Shown here one piece after another: positions 1 through 13,300 of a stretch of DNA of 64,000 nt. The notes beneath the pieces are model-generated. The model was given only the letters and a program-made list of their open reading frames with translations, ran no database searches and was not told the origin of the DNA. Position 1 is the first letter of the stretch, and each line of letters starts with the position of its first letter. Both the position numbers and the translations under genes were made by a program. This DNA is from Callorhinchus milii (Eukaryota): contig NW_024704758.1 in the NCBI RefSeq assembly GCF_018977255.1, forward strand, positions 2,604,001 to 2,668,000. The letters are read 5' to 3'.

Positions 1-1785
1 TTAACCTAAAGTTTCATCAATCTACACAAGGTTTTCTATGCTTGGTATGAAGGCATGGGTATAAATTTGACATTTCCTGTTCCAATGAAAGTGTTTCCAA
101 TAACAGAAGTGCTGAACATGTTGCAGGTTTCACTAACTGTTTTGCACCACAAAGCTCCACCAGCTTAGTATCAGAGACTTTGATTGTCATACAGAATCAG
201 AATCCGTGCAATTGATGTAGCACTTCATACCTTTGAAGATATCGCCCCTGAACAAAAAGTGCTGCAGTGTATAAATGTGGATTGTATTATTGTATATTGC
301 CTTTGTGATGTCTGAAATTGCTTCACGTGATTTACTGTTAAGTGCAGTGACTGTATTTTATGGATGAAACCTACAGCCAATTGTACACAGCAATGTCCCA
401 CAAACAGCCATGTGAACAAGCAATTTAATTAATTAATAGGATTGTTGGCAAGGATACTGGGAAAACTCCCTTTTCTTCTCAGGTAATACCTGTTGAACCT
501 GTACAAGCAAGCAGGACCTCGGTTTAATGTCTCATCCCTTGACGTAACTTTCTTAAGTTTGATTAATGAACAGGTTTCTGAAAAGGGTATATTTCAAGAT
601 GCATACAATGTGCTATACCTTGTGTGAGACGTTAGATCATCTTCCTCTTTTCAAAGAAAGTGTTTTACCATCAGACTGTTGATACAGAAATAGAATTAAC
701 ATGGCCAACCTCTCAGTTTATTCTGTCCATTCAAGTGAATGTTTACATTTAAAAACAGTGCCTTGTATTTTCAGGTTTTAATGTTATTGGAAAACCTACA
801 TTTGTAGCTCTACATGCATATTAAAACTGAATTTATTTTCTGTATTTGCACGTGAACAGAGATATCTTACTTGGACTAAACCCCTGGCAACAACAATTCA
901 AAACAGATGTTGAGAAAAAAAATCTGGTATTTTATCGTGCCTTATGCCACAACTTCTTGAAGCCTTTTTTTTGGCCATGACTGTCATTACTGCCAAGTGT
1001 AGCAGCTTTTTGTGAAACCAAACCTAGCATATGTTGTTATAATTGTGGTCTTTCATCTCTGGGTCTCACTGATAACAGGGACCACGTTGAATAAATATCA
1101 CATTTTACACCAATGAACTTATTCCTGCCATTTGAACACCTTTCAAACTTTTTTTCAGCATCGAAAGTTATCAACTGAAAACCCCAAAAAAAACCTGACC
1201 AGTGCACAGAGATGGATTTTGCTGTATCAATCAGCTGTCTGTGACCAAGTACAGTGTATTATATGAACACCAAAAGGCCATTTGTCCATTCTATTAGTTT
1301 GTGGCCATTCTTTCTAATCCCATTTAGCTGTCTTTTTTTCCCCCATGTTTCTTAATACCCCTCAATTTTTTATCTCAAATATTTCAATTGTCTCTGTATT
1401 CTGAGGCAGCGCATACCATATATTATCGCAACCCTCTGTGGCTTAAATAATTTGGCAGACAATGCTGTACGGAACGTCACATCATATCTTGAGAGAAGGA
1501 AGTGGCTAAATGTGAATCCAGAATCATGAATTGTTAATGGAGAAGCTGCTAAATGGGAACCACAGCTGAGGGAGTTAGACTAGTCATCTGAATTCTGCGA
1601 TTGTATTGCATCTTTTTAATCCTTATTTGCATACATGTCTTTAGTTTATACCTCCTTATACAGATAATCTTTTGTGAGATATGCATTGTTTAATGAGTAT
1701 ATTGTAGAGCTAACTAGTCATTACCACATATATAAAAATATACATTTTCTGCTATGAAAGTAACAGTAATGGATGTGCAATAATC

Positions 1786-2103
1786 GGAGTCCTGTAGCTC
1801 AATGGTTAGAGCACTCGCTTTGTAAGCGAGAGACCTGAGTTCAATTTCAGGCAGAGGGCGAAACCTTGGGCAAGTTTCCTTACTCCACACAGAGCCTAAT
1901 AATAATCCTCCAAAACCAAAAACAATAATAAATTGGTCATTTCAATCTACGACTGTTTGTGGGACATTGCTGTGCGCAATTGGCTGCCGCGTTCGCCCAC
2001 AAATATACAGTCAATTCACTTTACAGTGTGTTCTGTGAAGCGCTTTGGGACGTCCTCCCGACGTGAAAAGCGCTATATCAAAATACAAGGATTATTATTA
2101 TTA
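1786..2103 (+). mobile_element. tRNA-derived SINE (Deu-like core, L2/CR1-like tail), short young subfamily
   Basis: Head GGAGTCCTGTAGCTCAATGGTTAGAGCA (A box), GAGTTCAATT (B box), core GGGACATTGCTGTGCGCAATTGGCTGCCGCG, tail AAAGCGCTATATCAAA..AAGG(ATT)n. Confidence 0.9.
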
Positions 2104-3495
2104 GTAGTAGTTGTATTTTGCCCACAACCTGCAATTCAAAGGAATTGAAAACTGAAGCTGAATAGGGTTGGGTGATATTTCAACAATGAACAAAAAGAAC
2201 AGCAGTAGAAGGTGAAACAGTTGTCTTAAATAACTGTACACTAAACTAAAGCTTTCCTGCTGTAATGATACTGGTCATTATACTTTCTTTTTCTACACCT
2301 TGGTGCCAGTTCCAAGGTCCTTTTATACACCTTGTCTTCTTCTGATTGGCGTTTTCTTACTAATACTTGCATTTGATATAGCGCCTTATCATTTTGTTGA
2401 GACGTCTCAAAGCGCTTGACAGAATATACCATAAAATGCAAGAATTATTATTATTATAATAATAACTTTCTTCAGTTGAACATCAACAAGACCGAGATTC
2501 TCCTGACATCTCAACAAAGTGATAAGGTGTTATATCAAACGCAAGAATAAGTAAGAATCACAAGAAGATAAGATGTATAAAAGGACCTTGGCAGTGGCAC
2601 CAAGGTGTGGATTGATTGATTGTTCATGCTTGAAATGTGATGCAATACTATTCAGCTTAAGTTTCCATTTCCTGTGAATTGCAGGTTGTTGTCAAAATTA
2701 AACTTAATTAAACTGATTTAATTAATTAAACGGAGGTCAAGGAATTATTATTATAAATGTAACCCGGGTAGCTAGCTGTTGCTTGTTTGAACAGACCCAG
2801 AATGACAAGCACTCTCAAGCAACTGTATCTCTAGTGTTCTGTGGCTGGTGTAAAGGCATATGTAGCGCTTCTGATTTTCAGGGTTTATTTTTTAGCAATT
2901 TTTTAAAGCAATGTTACAAATAGTTTTTTCAGGCTTTTGTTGCTGGACTGCGAAGATGGGCCTGCGAGGGGAGAGGGGAGCGAGACACCATTAAGCACTC
3001 ACAGATTAAGATATCTGTTTATAATGCAAGCCAGTTTTAAAACCCTCGGCAGGCAGTCTCAAAACCGTAGGGCGAGGGCCCACAGCATTGTTGTGACTTT
3101 CCTCAGAAGAGACATTTAACAGGAGTCCCATCTGCCTGTTCCGGCAGAAGTTAAAGATCCCAAGTCATCATTTATCATTACCACAAAGAGAAGGGAGTTT
3201 CTCTCTCCCGGTGTCCTGCCAACAAAACAATTCCACAGATAAAATTGGTTATTTGCTTTACGGTTGTTTGTGCATGCAAATTGGCTGCCACATTGGCTTA
3301 CAAAATGCACAATCCCTGCACTTTACAGTAAATCCTTTCAATCATCCTCGTGCTTTGATTCGTCCTCCTGACATGAAAGCTGCTATAACAAATCCAAAGG
3401 TTATTGCTTCGATGACATTAACCCTGGCTGTAATGTTTTTACAAAATGACAGATGTCTGAGGCAACTCTAATTGTGGGCAGCATTTCCCAAGATC

Positions 3496-3864
3496 ACACG
3501 AGAAGTTCGAATGAAGAAGGCCCTGCGGTCCATTTGATCTTCTCTTCTCCCAAAATCCCCACCCTAGCGTCCTCCCATCATAGTATCCAACTGTTTCTTA
3601 TATAAGTTCCACGTCCTTTCCTCGACTACCCTTCTGTAATCCTGTGCCCCATTGTTCTGTGGACCAGAAGGTAACGATTCCTATACACGAGAAGTTCGAA
3701 TGAAGAAGGCCCTTCGGTCCTCTTGATCTCATCTTCTTCAAAGTCCCCACTCTAGCGTCCTCCCATCATAGCATCCAATTGTTTCTTATAAAAGTCCCAC
3801 GTCCTTTCCTTCTGTAATCCTGTGCCCCATTGTTCTGTGGGCTGGAAGGTAATAATTCCTACAC
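3496..3864. repeat. Tandem duplication, unit about 189 bp
   Basis: ACACGAGAAGTTCGAATGAAGAAGGCCC at 3496 and 3685, with the downstream sequence also repeated; resembles a reversed CR1-type tail. Confidence 0.85.
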
Positions 3865-4075
3865 CCACACACTGATTGATCATTTTATTTAGTTCCTGGT
3901 ATGTATCATCCATCCCGTAGAGGATCAGACCAATGGTGTCAGATGTCAAATGACCAACTAGTGGTGGGATCCTTCTCAGGGTTGGGGGGGGGGGGGGAGA
4001 AGAGGGGAGGGGGGAGGAGGGTAAGCAGGGTCCAAGGTACATGTTTGGCAAAGGAATGTCAAAGTTGACAGAATC

Positions 4076-4440
4076 GTGGAGTTCTGTAGTGTTGCAGTTG
4101 GAGCATTCGCTTCGTAAACGAGAGGACCGGGGTTCGATCCCCAGGCGGGACGACATGTTGGGCAAGTTCTCTTACCCAACACACCTCTGTTTACCCACTA
4201 GTAAGTAAGAGCCCGGTTGTCAGTCGATTGGCGGATTGTTTTTCGGGGGTAATAATTCCTTAAAAAAGTTTTAAAAATTTTAAATGTCACTCAATCCACG
4301 ACTGTTTGTGGGACGCTGCTGTGCACAATTCGCTTGCGCATTTCACCCACAAAACATAGTCAATTCACTTGACAGTGTATTCTGTGAAGCGCTTTGAGAT
4401 GTTTCGAAGATACGATAAGGCACTGTATCAAATGTAAGCA
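4076..4440 (+). mobile_element. tRNA-derived SINE, long older subfamily
   Basis: Same head, core and tail, plus an internal CTCTGTTTACC..AGTAAGTA.GA.CCCGGTTGT.AGTCGATTGGCGGAT segment. Confidence 0.85.
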
Positions 4441-4485
4441 GATGTGTGCCTCCAGAGAGAGCAAAAGTGCATGTTCCATTCCGCT

Positions 4486-4780
4486 AAATAATAATAATAA
4501 TCCTTGCATTTGATATAGCGCTTTTCACGTCGGGAGGACGTCCCAAAGCGCTTCACAGAATACACTGTAAAGTGAATTGACTGTATATTTGTGGGCGAAT
4601 GCGGCAGCCAATTGCGCACAGCAATGTCCCACAAACAGTCGTAGATTGAAAATGATCAATTTATTATTGTTTTGGTTTTTGGAGGGATTATTATTAGGCT
4701 CTGTGTGGAGTAAGGAAACTTGCCCAAGGTTTCGCCCTCTGCCTGGAATTGAACTCATGTCTCTCGCTTGTAAACATTCC
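4486..4780 (-). mobile_element. tRNA-derived SINE, young subfamily, 5'-truncated
   Basis: Reverse complement of the 1786 copy. Confidence 0.85.
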
Positions 4781-5182
4781 TGGACTCTCCATGTGTAGGC
4801 AGGACACGCGTGTAGGAGGGACACGCGTGTAGACGCTTTGAGACGTCTCAACAATGTGGTGAGGCGCTGTATCAAATGCGAGGATTATCATTATATATAT
4901 TTCTATATATATGCATGCAATTCTCAGTTTGGTTCCGTTTCTCAGCCCATAAGACGGCCGATGGGATGGTTCCACAATGGGTCAAGACACCCGGCTCCGG
5001 CTGACCACCCCCCGCACTCCCCCACGCAAAAAAAGAAAGAATCAGATCATTTAAAAAAATCTTCACAGTCTCTCTCCAAACGTAAATCTGGTTAAGAGCG
5101 AGTAAAGGAGGGAGTGAGTGAGTGAGTGAGTGAGTCAGTATGTGTGTGTGTGGTAGAAAACAGAAGGAGAACAGAATTGAAC

Positions 5183-5212
5183 TCCGCCTACTCGACCAAT
5201 AGGGTCTATAAA
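5183..5212 (+). promoter_or_regulatory. Core promoter of IFITM gene A (GC-box-like CCGCC, CCAAT, TATA)
   Basis: CCAAT at 5196-5200 and TATAAA at 5207-5212, about 75 bp upstream of the ATG at 5285. Confidence 0.65.
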
Positions 5213-5284
5213 GACCCAGAGAGTAACGCAGACTCAGACTCAGTTCTTGTTGACTTATCTGCGAGGAAGAAAAGAAAGACACAG

Positions 5285-7914
5285 ATGGATCCCAGACATG
5301 ATGAGGTGCCCATGAACCCTCGGAGTTACAACTACGATGGCTTCAAGACTGATGGTCAAGCTGTGGCTGTCCCTCAGACAGTGATCAGCATCGCCCCCAG
5401 TGTGTTGCCAATCAGGGACCATGTCCTCTGGTCAATATTCACCTTCATTTACATGAACTTTTGCTGCCTCGGGTTCCTGGCTCTGGTCTTCTCTGTTAAG
5501 GTAAGTTTTAAGTTGCTTTCTCCACCTTCATCCTTTACTCTCTCTTCTTTCTCTCTCTTTCTCGTCCCTCTCCCTCTCCTCCCCCCCCCCCAAAAAAAAC
5601 TTTCTGGTTGCAAGAAAATGAATAAAAAAAGAGGGGAAGCAAAAGAATGGTCCTGGTAAGATGTTTTATATGTATCTGTCTTTGTAATATGTATCTTGCA
5701 GTGGTTTGTTTGGACGTTGCAACACTTTTCGATGTCGAAATGGCGTCACTTTAGTAAAGCTTTTTTGCTTTTTTTGCGAATCGGTTTCTCCTGCGCAATA
5801 ACGCGAACCACTTTCGTAAAGCGCTGGTTCGCAGGGAATTGGTGAAGGCATCTATTTTTTGTTTTATCTCTCTATCTATATATACATAGATATACATATG
5901 ATGCATTAAAAGTTCATGAATAAAGTGGGTGGTGAAAGTTAATTCGTGTTGGGTTTTTGCTCTTTGACTCATTTGGTTCCATAAATAATACCCCATTTGC
6001 TGCTCACGTTTCAAGTCGAAATGTACCCTTAAAACTTTTTATCAGCACATTTCTGAATCCTTTCTGTCCCCTCCCCTTTCCTCGCTAGGAATTAACCCTC
6101 AGTCGATCCTTTTTTTCTTCTTTCCGCCTTATTTCTTTCTTCCTTCTCCCCCGATTTCTTCCTCTTGCCCAATAATAATAATACTTGCATTTGATATAAG
6201 TCCTTGAGACGTCTCAAAGCGCTTCACAAAATATTTCGTAAAGCGGAGTGGCTGTGCATTTTCTGGGCGAAACGCAGCAGCCAATTGCGCGCAGCAGCGA
6301 CCCACAATGAATGAACTCTCACAAACGTCGCACAAAATGGCTCACATGAATTGAGTGACCAAATTATTATTAATTCAGGTTGCGAGGCAAGTGCTCTAAC
6401 CGCTAACACTGAATTAGCAGAAGGTAATACACTGAATTGGCCAAGTTTAAAAAAAATATTGGTCACTCAACCCACGACTGTTTGTGGGACACTGCTGTGC
6501 GCAATTGGCTTCCGCATTTCGCCCATAAATTACACAGTCGCTCAACTGTACAGTATATCTTGTGAAGCGTTTTGAGCACGTCTCACGATGTGATAAGGCA
6601 CTATATCAAATGCAAGGTTTATTCTTATAATTATTCTTTTGAGGTACTGACTAACCCAATCGTGGCCGCTCTTTATGGTCGGCTAATGCAATAAAAAATG
6701 TTTTGATTGAACAGTTTTTGGGTTACGATGCAAATCAAGAAATATTCATTCAAGGAAAAACTGAAGACACACTCATGAGTGACACAGACTTGCCTAGACT
6801 TGTGCAAATGTTCAGAATACTACTTCTCAACAGTTTGGCCAGTGCTTTGTAACCCATTCCTCCGCTACCCATTGAAGCTGAGTTTTTTGTTAGACGCACC
6901 TGGTGTCAGTGTTCTGGAGCACTACCTTGCGTGAGAGGCGCTATATGAATAAAAGTTTTTGTTGCTTTTGACACATGCGGTAAACCTTCACCAATTTTAG
7001 CAGTATACACTCTATTCTGTAAAGCGCTTTGAGACGTCTAGAAGACCTGAAAAGAGCTATATCAAACGCAAGGATTATTTATTATTATATATAACACAGC
7101 TCAGCATGAAATGAGTGAGCATTACCTTCCTACCCACAACATGGAAACGTATCCCTTCCCATTGAGCGACTGTTTCACCAGATGGCATTGCAGTGCTGGA
7201 GCAGCAGTTTCTTACCTCTCTGCAAACGAATCCTGGTGGATTCCAAGCACTGGATGTATGATTGCGTACTCACAAACTCAGACTCCAGTTAATGCCTTCC
7301 AGCAGCTGTTGACCCAATTGATTTAATATACCAATTGTGGATTCGAAGGGCAGATCTGGCAAGGGATGTCTTTTTATATTAAAAAAGAATGTACAGAGAA
7401 GCCCACATTATTACATTATTTCGCCCACAAAATATACAATCAATTAGGAACATAGGAACATTCAGCATCGTGAGCCTGTTCCACCGTTCTATTAGATCAT
7501 GGTTGACCTGCACTGCAACTCCAATTACCCCTGATTGTACCTCTAACTCCAATTCACTTCACAGTATATCCTGTGAAGCGCTTTGAGATGTCTCAACAAC
7601 ATGCTGAGGTGCTACATCAAATGCAAGGATTCTTATTATTATTGATGTGCAAATTGAAATTACGATTGGATTTTTTTTAAGCTTTGAATTTACATCTTGG
7701 CTTATTTTTGCTTTGCTTCCAGTCCAGAGATCGTAAAGTTGTGGGAGATGCAGCAGGTGCCCAGCATTACGCCAGCACAGCCAAAGTGCTCAATATAATC
7801 GCGACCACGCTGACTCTACTCATCATTGCGATCATCATTATACTTCTCGTGGTTGGAGTTTTCCAAATTGCCAGTTTTCACCAGCAATACCAGAGTTACA
7901 ATTACGGAAAGTGA
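5285..7914 (+). CDS. IFITM: IFITM/dispanin (CD225) gene A, IFITM1/3-like, 135 aa; exons 5285-5500 and 7723-7914
   Basis: Exon 1 reads [20 protein letters not shown]...[30 protein letters not shown]|gtaagt. Exon 2 reads cag|[63 protein letters not shown]. The phase-0 intron sits at the canonical IFITM position (SVK|SRD). AATAAA at 8141. Confidence 0.95.
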
Positions 7915-8229
7915 GCAGCAGAGTGTTGGCAGCACATTCCTCACTGGTTTTGCCAGGATCCTTTTGAACTCTTTGCTTTTGTTCTTCATTCTAAAGTGCT
8001 TTGTTTTTTTTTAATGGCTTCTGGCTTTATGAAGTAGTTGCTTGTCGAAAGAAAATGATTTGTATTTGTCTGTTCTTGGGATTTTCTTTCTGCCTCTCTT
8101 GTGTATGATGCTTCGGTATGTTTTGATGTTGAATGGTGTTAATAAACAAGTTTGCAAGCTTCCTAGCAAGTGTTCCATTGCATTCTTAATGTCTGCAATG
8201 GATCTGGTAAAATTACATATGGTACATTA

Positions 8230-9225
8230 GAATACATTAGAATATACAGCACAGAAGCAGGCCATTCGGCCCAACTGGTTTATGCCGGTGTTTATGCTCC
8301 ACGTGAGCTTTCTCCTGCCTTTCCTCAACTAAGCTTTCAAGCATAACCTATTCCTTTCTCCCTCATGTACCTATCTAGCGTTCCCTTAAATACATCTATG
8401 CTATTTGCCTCAACAACTTCTTGCGGTAGCATGTTCCACATTCCCACTCTGTGTGAAGAAATTTCTTCTAACTTCCTTATTTGAGTTACCCGCCAGTTAG
8501 CAGGAACCCGGTTGTTAGCCAAGTGCCAGATTGCTTTCCGCGAGTGGTAATCCCACCAAACATTTGATCACTCGATTCCCGACTGTGGTGCGAAATTGGC
8601 TGCTGCGTTTTCCCCGCATAATGTATAGCCACTGCACTTCACAATATATTTTGTGAAGCACTATGAGAACGATGCAATAACTTTAAGAACATAAGAACAT
8701 AAGAATTCGGAGCAGGAGTCGGCCATTCGGCCCCTCGAGCCTCCATAAATTCACTACCCTCTGAGTGAAGAAATATTTCCTCAACTCTGTTCTAAAAGGC
8801 TGACCCTTAATTTTAAGACTGTGACCCCTGGTTATAGATTCTCCTACCAGGGGAAACAGACCCTCAGTGTCTACTTTATGAGCCCTTTAAGAATCTTATA
8901 TGTTTCAATAAGATCTCCCCTAATTCTTCTGTACTCTAGAGAATGCAGCCCTAGTTTATTCAGCCTATCCTCATAGGTCAGTCCCCTCATCCCAGGAACT
9001 AACCGAGTGAATCTACGCTGCACCCCCTCTAGGGCAAGTATGTCCTTTTTTAAATAAAGAGACCAAAACTGCACACAATACTCTCGGTGCGGTCTCACTA
9101 AGGCCCTATACAGTTGCAGCAAGACTTCCCTCCTCTTGTACTCTAAATCTTTTGCAATGAACACTAACATGCTGTTCGCCTTCTTAGTTGCTGCTGCACC
9201 TGAAAACTAACTTTTTGAGAGTTTA
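8230..9225 (-). mobile_element. CR1-type LINE 3' fragments (two), interrupted by a SINE fragment
   Basis: ORF 8871-9170 ...VLLQLYRALVRPHREYCVQFWS...QRRFTRLVPGM...RGDLIETYKIL is the CR1 ORF2 C-terminus. ORF 8337-8522 contains VGMWNMLPQEVVEA. Tails of type GGCCATTCGGCCC and (AAGAACAT)n are present. Confidence 0.85.
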
Positions 9226-9384
9226 TATTATACTATTCTGTATATATTAGTATATATTATACTATTCTGCTCCTACTGTTGATCATTCCATAGCCCACAT
9301 ACTGAAAACCCCTGAATCCCATCTCCCTGTCTACCAGCCATTACCAACAACCACAAGATCACATTTGTATAGCGCCTTTCACGT

Positions 9385-10392
9385 CCATTTTTATGCCCAC
9401 AGAGGGGTGGAGGCGCTGACAGTAGTCAATCAGGAGGTCCTCGGTCTTGTTGATGTTCAACTGAAGAAAGTTAGCTCTCATCCAGGACTTGGTGTCTGAT
9501 CGACATACAGTCAGAACAGCAGTGGTCCTGGAGTCGAGGGTGGAGGCAGAGAGATAGAGTGTGGTGTCATCCACGTACATGTGGAAGTTGACTCCATATC
9601 TGCGAATAATGTCACCAAGAAGGAGCATATAGATATTGAAGAAGAGGGGACCAAGGACAGAGCCCTGAGGAACCCCACGCAAGATGGTACGGGAGCTAGA
9701 GGAGAAACTATTTGTGGGGATGAAGTGAAGACAGTGTGAGAGCTAGGATCTGAATCTTTCAAGGACAGAACCATGAAGGTTGAGGTAAGAGGAGAGGTGG
9801 TGGAGGAGGATAGAGTGGTCAACGGTGTCGAAGGCAGCAGAGAGGTCAAGAGGTCAAGGAGGACGAGGAGGCAGAGGGAGACCTGGTCGCAGATGGACAG
9901 AATGTTATTTGTCGCATTGACCAAAGCTGTTTCGGTGCTGTGGGCGGCACGGAAACCCGATTGGAGGGATTCGTGAAGGGAGTGGCGGGAGAGGAAGGAG
10001 CGAAGTTGGGAAGCAACAACTCGTTCCAGGACATGACAGCCATTTTTAAAGGGGTGGCAACGGTGCCAGTGGACGGAGAAGTTTATTTATCTGTGAGTAG
10101 AGGGGCAAGGAGGTGGAACTATGAGGTAAGGAGAGGGGTAGGGATAGGGTCAAGGTTTGGAGGGAGGGTTGGGTAGGGGCCGGATTGTGAGGAGGTAGTC
10201 GACAGAAGGGCAGAGGGAGCTGAGCGGATCCCCTCAACTTTAATTTCGAGGAAATCCAGCATCGCCTCACAGTTGGTGTTGGAGGAGAGGATGGGTGAGG
10301 CGTGACAGGGTGGGCGGAGGAGCCGGTTGGTGATGGAGAAGAGGAGCTTGGGGTTGTCCTTGGCATCCAAGACTGTCATGGAGTAGAACGAC
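9385..10392 (-). mobile_element. L2-clade LINE reverse transcriptase fragment, degenerate
   Basis: [25 protein letters not shown] and [15 protein letters not shown], broken by frameshifts. Confidence 0.88.
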
Positions 10393-13300
10393 AATTTAGT
10401 GGATTTACCCTTTCCTAAATCTTCCCCTTGTTATAAACTTGTTTTCCTTGCTACCAGCAACGTGCATGACATTATTACTTTATAGTAGTAATGTCACATT
10501 ATTTATGGTAATAATGTGACATTATTTACCCCACATCTGCGCCATGACCCGTTCTGCCTTCCCCCACCTCCACCACATCAGTTTTTGGAAATTAATTCAA
10601 TTTAGATTAGCAGAATCGTCCTTTTCGGTTTAATCACTGGAGAAATCTAGATTGTATGAGGTCGGTCTCAAATCCTTTCCTAAATCTCCCCTTTGTTGTA
10701 AATTGTTTCCTTGCTACCAGCAAAATGCATGACATTATCACATGGTGACAGAAGACTGCTATAATGTTTAAAAACGATGTAACTGTTTTTTTGCTTTTTC
10801 TCTCCACCCTCTCTCACCAATTTTCTCCTCTTTGCCTCTCCTTAAGGCATTTGACCCCATTTAATACAAGAGCCTTACACAGCAGGCGGATGTTTCAAAG
10901 AGCATCACAGGACATTCTGTGTGTTCTGTGGATGAACCCAGCAGCCAATTTGCTTGCAGCAATAACCCACAAACAGCCATTAAGTTAGCGACCAATTTTA
11001 TCCAGGGAATTATTGGCCAGGATATTGGGATAAACATTTCTCCAAGTTGAAATAGTGTCACACGTCCTTTAATGTTCACCCGAACAGGCAAGAGATAGTA
11101 CCTCGGTTTTAGCATCTCATCAGAAGGACGGCAAGTGTGCTACCAACTGAGCCAGGCTGATACACGAGGTGGGAGGGCAAGTCGAAAAAGGTGTTAAAAA
11201 GAAAGCCAAAGCCCTAAAGGATAGGGTGGTCCTAGCTGGACAGCAACAGGATTTTTTCCTGACAAACCTTGCTCTCAATGTCAAAGTTTGCCAGTATTAG
11301 TTGGTTAAACTCTGGCAACAGAAACATATAAAAGAATAGGAAGGAGGATGGGACTCAACAGATAGGTATTTCAGATATCCTGTGCAGGCCTCCTTCTGTC
11401 CTATAAATGTCTCCAGTTCGTGGAAAGAGATCTCGTAAATCTCCAGACCCAATTGCCAAACATTCCCTGGGCCGACAAAATTACTCCCAGCCTCATTAGG
11501 AGCAAAGCCAGGCAGCTGAAGCCAGAAACCAAACACTAACAAACCACATGCTATAACCCCAGTGAAACCATGTACAGAAATATGAATGAGCAACACAGAT
11601 CTGTGAGGTAATATGCAATCCATACATTTGTCTCTTTGCAAAATATGTGTCAGCCTGGCTCAACACTCTCACTCCTCAGTCAGAAAGTTGTGTGTTCCAA
11701 GCACTACATCAAGGACTTTGAATTCACACAGGTCTCTGGACTTGACTGCAATTGTCTCTGATGCTCTTTGAGATGTTTCAACGACAATAAATTGGTCATT
11801 TTCAATCCACGACTATTTGTGGGACACTGCTGTGCCCAATTGGCTGCTACGTTTCGCCCACAAATATACAGTCGATTCACTTTACAGTCTATTCTGTGAA
11901 GCACTTTGAGACATCGAGAAGACGTGAAAAGCGCTATATCAAATGCAAGGATTATATTATAACAACAAATTACATTTGTACAACGCCTTTCACGGCGGGA
12001 GGACATCCCAAGATGCTGGACAGTCAGGGATTTGGACCCGAGCAGGGGTTTGGGATCAGGAGGGGTGTAGGGCAGAGAGTGTAGGTGCAGGAAGGTGATC
12101 GAAGGCGCAGTCAAAGAGGAGGGTCTTGAGTTAAGACAAGTGGTTGTATTTTGTGACGATCTTATATTTGTTCTCTCTCATTGGTCATTAGTGCTTAGAA
12201 ATAACTGGTCAGTGTGTTCAGGACACAATCTCTGCTGACTTGGAATCGGAAATGTAAACCGGATGAAACCCAAAGTATAGCAGCTTTAAGATCTCTGTGA
12301 GCCACATTGATTTCAACCAGTTCAAAAATAGCTTTGAAACTCCGTGAAGTCTAAAAAGTCTGGGAAATTGTAAACAACAAACCGCACCCATCGACGGGTG
12401 AATTAAAAGCCTGAACAAAATGTATTCGGATTCCCAAGCAAAGAAGACAAGGAAAGAAAGAAAAAAAAGCTGAGCACAAATCACGCCGTCAATAATAACA
12501 ATAATCCTTGCGTTTGATATAGCGCCTTATCACGTCTTCGAGACATCTCAAAGCGCATCACAGAATATACTGTAAAATGAATTGACTGTATAATTTGTGG
12601 GTGAAACACAGAAACCAATTGCGCACAGCAGTGTCCCACAAACAAATAGCACACAATCATTACACACTTTGCCTTTGAGATTCCCCCTCCCCTTCATCCC
12701 CCACCCACCCCCACTCCCCGTTAGTAATTCAACAGGCGGTGGTAAGAGTATAGAGTTTATTGCATAAGGTGAAACATAAGGTTTAACAATCTGTAATAAA
12801 ATCATACTACATATAACAACACAATAACATCTATGTGAGCAAAACATTTATCACACAGCATGCACTCAGGGGTTGCTCAGTACGGCACAACACATCTCAA
12901 AATACACAGCAGCGATCAGCCCCCGGAAATCTCTCAGGGACAACTGATTCTCACAATCTTAAGGCTGCCCTGTACTCAGGACTGAGTGCATGTCTGGGAC
13001 TCACTGCATACTCCAGACGAACAATACCCGAGACTACACTTTGACGAACCTCCGTGAGATCAGCCTCTGGATATACCCCTTAGAGACAACTGACTCTCGT
13101 AATACCAATGCTAAACAGGCGTCCGATAAACCCTCGGTCCCAACCAGTCATATGCAATACTGTCTTTTAAACAGCCAATGTTAAGGAGTTTAGCCTCTGG
13201 AATCACCCTTCAGATATAGCTGATCCTCACAGTACCTTGCAGCCCTTAACACTCAAAGTCACAGAGATTGGCCCTATCTTCCTTAGGATATACAGCAACC

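Noticed and set aside
1-1780. AT-rich, largely repeat-poor stretch, possibly the 3' UTR of an upstream gene
   Set aside because: No coding exon or other evidence inside the window.
1786-1860. tRNA-like sequence with A and B boxes (many copies)
   Set aside because: These are SINE heads, followed directly by SINE body, with no proper acceptor stem or terminator.
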